Below, in pieces: positions 62,032 through 64,000 of a DNA stretch of 64,000 bases. This stretch comes from an uncultured Gammaproteobacteria bacterium (GTDB lineage: Bacteria; Pseudomonadota; Gammaproteobacteria; CAWCPV01): contig CAWCPV010000009.1 in assembly GCA_963797555.1 (NCBI GenBank), positions 160,001 through 224,000 on the forward strand, written 5' to 3'. The first letter of the stretch is position 1; each line of letters opens with the position of its first letter. The position numbers and the translations under genes are program-made. The notes beneath the pieces are model-generated. The model saw only the letters and a program-made list of their open reading frames with translations. It was not told the origin of the DNA and ran no database searches.

Positions 62032-62451
62032 GGACCGCGGGAATGAATTCCGCTGGCAGAGTGCATGGGCACGGCGGGGAGCGGGCAGGAGCCGATTCTG
62101 GAGCCGCGGGTTAGGGACACGGAGGAGACGTGGGGGGCAAGTGCCATGCTCGCTTCCCCCATTTCCACATAGCGTTCGGGGACAGTCCCCGCATGGGAGT
62201 GCAGGATGTTACAGGGATGGACCTGACCCCCAAGGCTGACCATACAGGGGCGCGCCCTACCTGGACGCTCACTGCATCGACCCTGATAATAACTTACGGT
62301 CGACAGTCTGTTTCTCAAACCGCAGTGTGTCTTCGATGCTCAGCAGGTCCTAGCTTACCGCGATGGAAACCCGACAGATTGCGGTCTGTGAAACCGATGA
62401 CTCGCTGACTACACCGACGCTGGATCTGGTGTTCTTCAAGGCTGGTTGATC

Positions 62452-64000
62452 ATGCAGTTCGTCCGCCACGGCCCCGACATCCCCGAGCGCCTGCTGCAGG
62501 CCCACGAGGACGGGCGCTTGGTGCTCTTCTGCGGCGCCGGCATCTCCTACCCGGCGGGCCTGCCCGGCTTCGACGGTCTGGTTCAGCGGCTGTTCGATGA
62601 CCTCGGCGAATCCCCCAATGCGGTACAGCAGGCGGCGATCAAGGCTCGGCAGTTCGACACCGCGATTGGCCTTTTAGAAGATAGGATCGTCGGCGGTCGC
62701 GAGACCGTGCGCCAAGTGCTAGCCGGCATCCTGACGCCGGACCTCAGTGCGCGGAATGCCACCGCAACCCACGAAGCCCTCTTGACCCTGGGCCGGGGCC
62801 GCGAGGGCCGCACCCGGCTGATCACCACCAACTTCGACCGTCTGTTCGAGGCCGTGATCGAGCGCGATGGTCTTGCGGTGCAGCGTTTTCACGCTCCGCT
62901 GCTACCGGTGCCGAAGAACCGGTGGGATGGCCTGGTCTACCTGCACGGGCTGTTGACAGCCCATCCGACCGCCAGCGAACTGGATTCGCTGGTGGTTTCC
63001 AGCGGCGACTTCGGCCTCGCCTACCTCAGCGAGCGCTGGGCAGCGCGTTTCGTCAGCGAGCTGTTTCGGAGCTACACCGTGTGCTTCGTTGGCTACAGCA
63101 TCAACGACCCGGTGCTGCGCTACATGATGGATGCGCTCGCCGCTGACCGCCTGCTGGGCGAGGCGCCGCCGGAAACGTATGCCTTCGGCAGTTGCTCCAG
63201 GGGCAAAGAGGAGGAACGCGCCAACGAGTGGCGCGCGAAGAACGTCACGCCCATCCTCTACCGCGAGCACAACAGCCACGCCTATCTGCACAAGACTTTG
63301 CACGCCTGGGCGGATACCTACCGCGATGGCGTCCGGGGCAAGGAACGCATCGTCGTCGAGTACGCCATGGCTCGGCCCCTGGCGAGCACGCAGCAGGACG
63401 ATTTCATCGGCCGCCTGCTCTGGGCGTTGAGCGACCCTCTTGGTCTGCCTGCGAAACGCTTTGCCGAGCTGGACCCCGTGCCATCACTCGATTGGCTGGA
63501 GCCTTTGAGCGAGGACCGCTACCGCCAGGCCGACCTGGCCTGTTTCGGCGTGCCGCCCAAGGCGGTACGCGCAGACGATCTCTCGTTCAGCCTTACCCGC
63601 AGGCCGTCGCCCTACGAAATGGCCCCGTGGATGGCGCTCGTTGACGCCGGGGCGCGCAGCACCCGCTGGGACGAGGTGCTGCGCCAGCTCGCGCGCTGGC
63701 TGATTCGACATCTCGATGACCCGGTTCTGCTGCTATGGCTCGCGAAGCGCGGCGGCCAGTTGCATGACGAGCTGGCTTGGTGGATCGAGCACCGCCTAGA
63801 AGAATTGGTCAAGCTCGAACGTAATGGCAATTCAGACGCGCTGAGCCGCATCCGTGCTGGCGCCCCCAATGCCATCCCGCGCCCGATGATGCGGACCCTG
63901 TGGCGGGTGCTGCTGACGGGACGAGTCAAATCGCCGGTGCGTGTCTTCGACCTTTACCGTTGGTGGGAACGCTTCGTTCGCGACGGCCTCACGGCCACCT
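62452..64000 (+). CDS. Dsr1-like anti-phage SIR2 protein (runs off the window; absent from the ORF track)
   Basis: My translation: MQFVRHGPDIPERLLQAHEDGRLVLFCGAGIS...ITTNFD...YLHG...DFGLAYLSERWAARFV...FVGYSINDP; open frame to the window end. Confidence 0.85.
   Translation, partial: MQFVRHGPDIPERLLQAHEDGRLVLFCGAGISYPAGLPGFDGLVQRLFDDLGESPNAVQQAAIKARQFDTAIGLLEDRIVGGRETVRQVLAGILTPDLSARNATATHEALLTLGRGREGRTRLITTNFDRLFEAVIERDGLAVQRFHAPLLPVPKNRWDGLVYLHGLLTAHPTASELDSLVVSSGDFGLAYLSERWAARFVSELFRSYTVCFVGYSINDPVLRYMMDALAADRLLGEAPPETYAFGSCSRGKEEERANEWRAKNVTPILYREHNSHAYLHKTLHAWADTYRDGVRGKERIVVEYAMARPLASTQQDDFIGRLLWALSDPLGLPAKRFAELDPVPSLDWLEPLSEDRYRQADLACFGVPPKAVRADDLSFSLTRRPSPYEMAPWMALVDAGARSTRWDEVLRQLARWLIRHLDDPVLLLWLAKRGGQLHDELAWWIEHRLEELVKLERNGNSDALSRIRAGAPNAIPRPMMRTLWRVLLTGRVKSPVRVFDLYRWWERFVRDGLTAT

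Overview
High-GC bacterial chromosome segment, most likely from a sulfur-oxidising gammaproteobacterium (sat-aprBA; rpsP-rimM-trmD-rplS-ogt-xerD; slt; hprK, uppP, dedA, dadA, glgP). Core blocks alternate with decaying accessory patches: IS1634, two ISL3 copies (one with a nested IS21), IS4, an IS4-type MITE, group II intron remnants, several toxin-antitoxin modules, integron-like attC sites with no intI in the window, and a Dsr1-like SIR2 defence gene running off the right end. The best candidate for an undescribed system is a lower-GC, translationally coupled three-gene operon at 35724-39848: a Ser/Thr kinase, a ~389 aa unknown protein that is visible only after removing an ISL3 insertion, and a PD-(D/E)XK nuclease-like protein, followed by an attC-like hairpin. 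A short (GAC)CTGACCC motif recurs at most core/accessory junctions. Single frameshifts in sat, pfkB and FIST may be assembly errors. All calls come from motif reading by eye; no searches were run.
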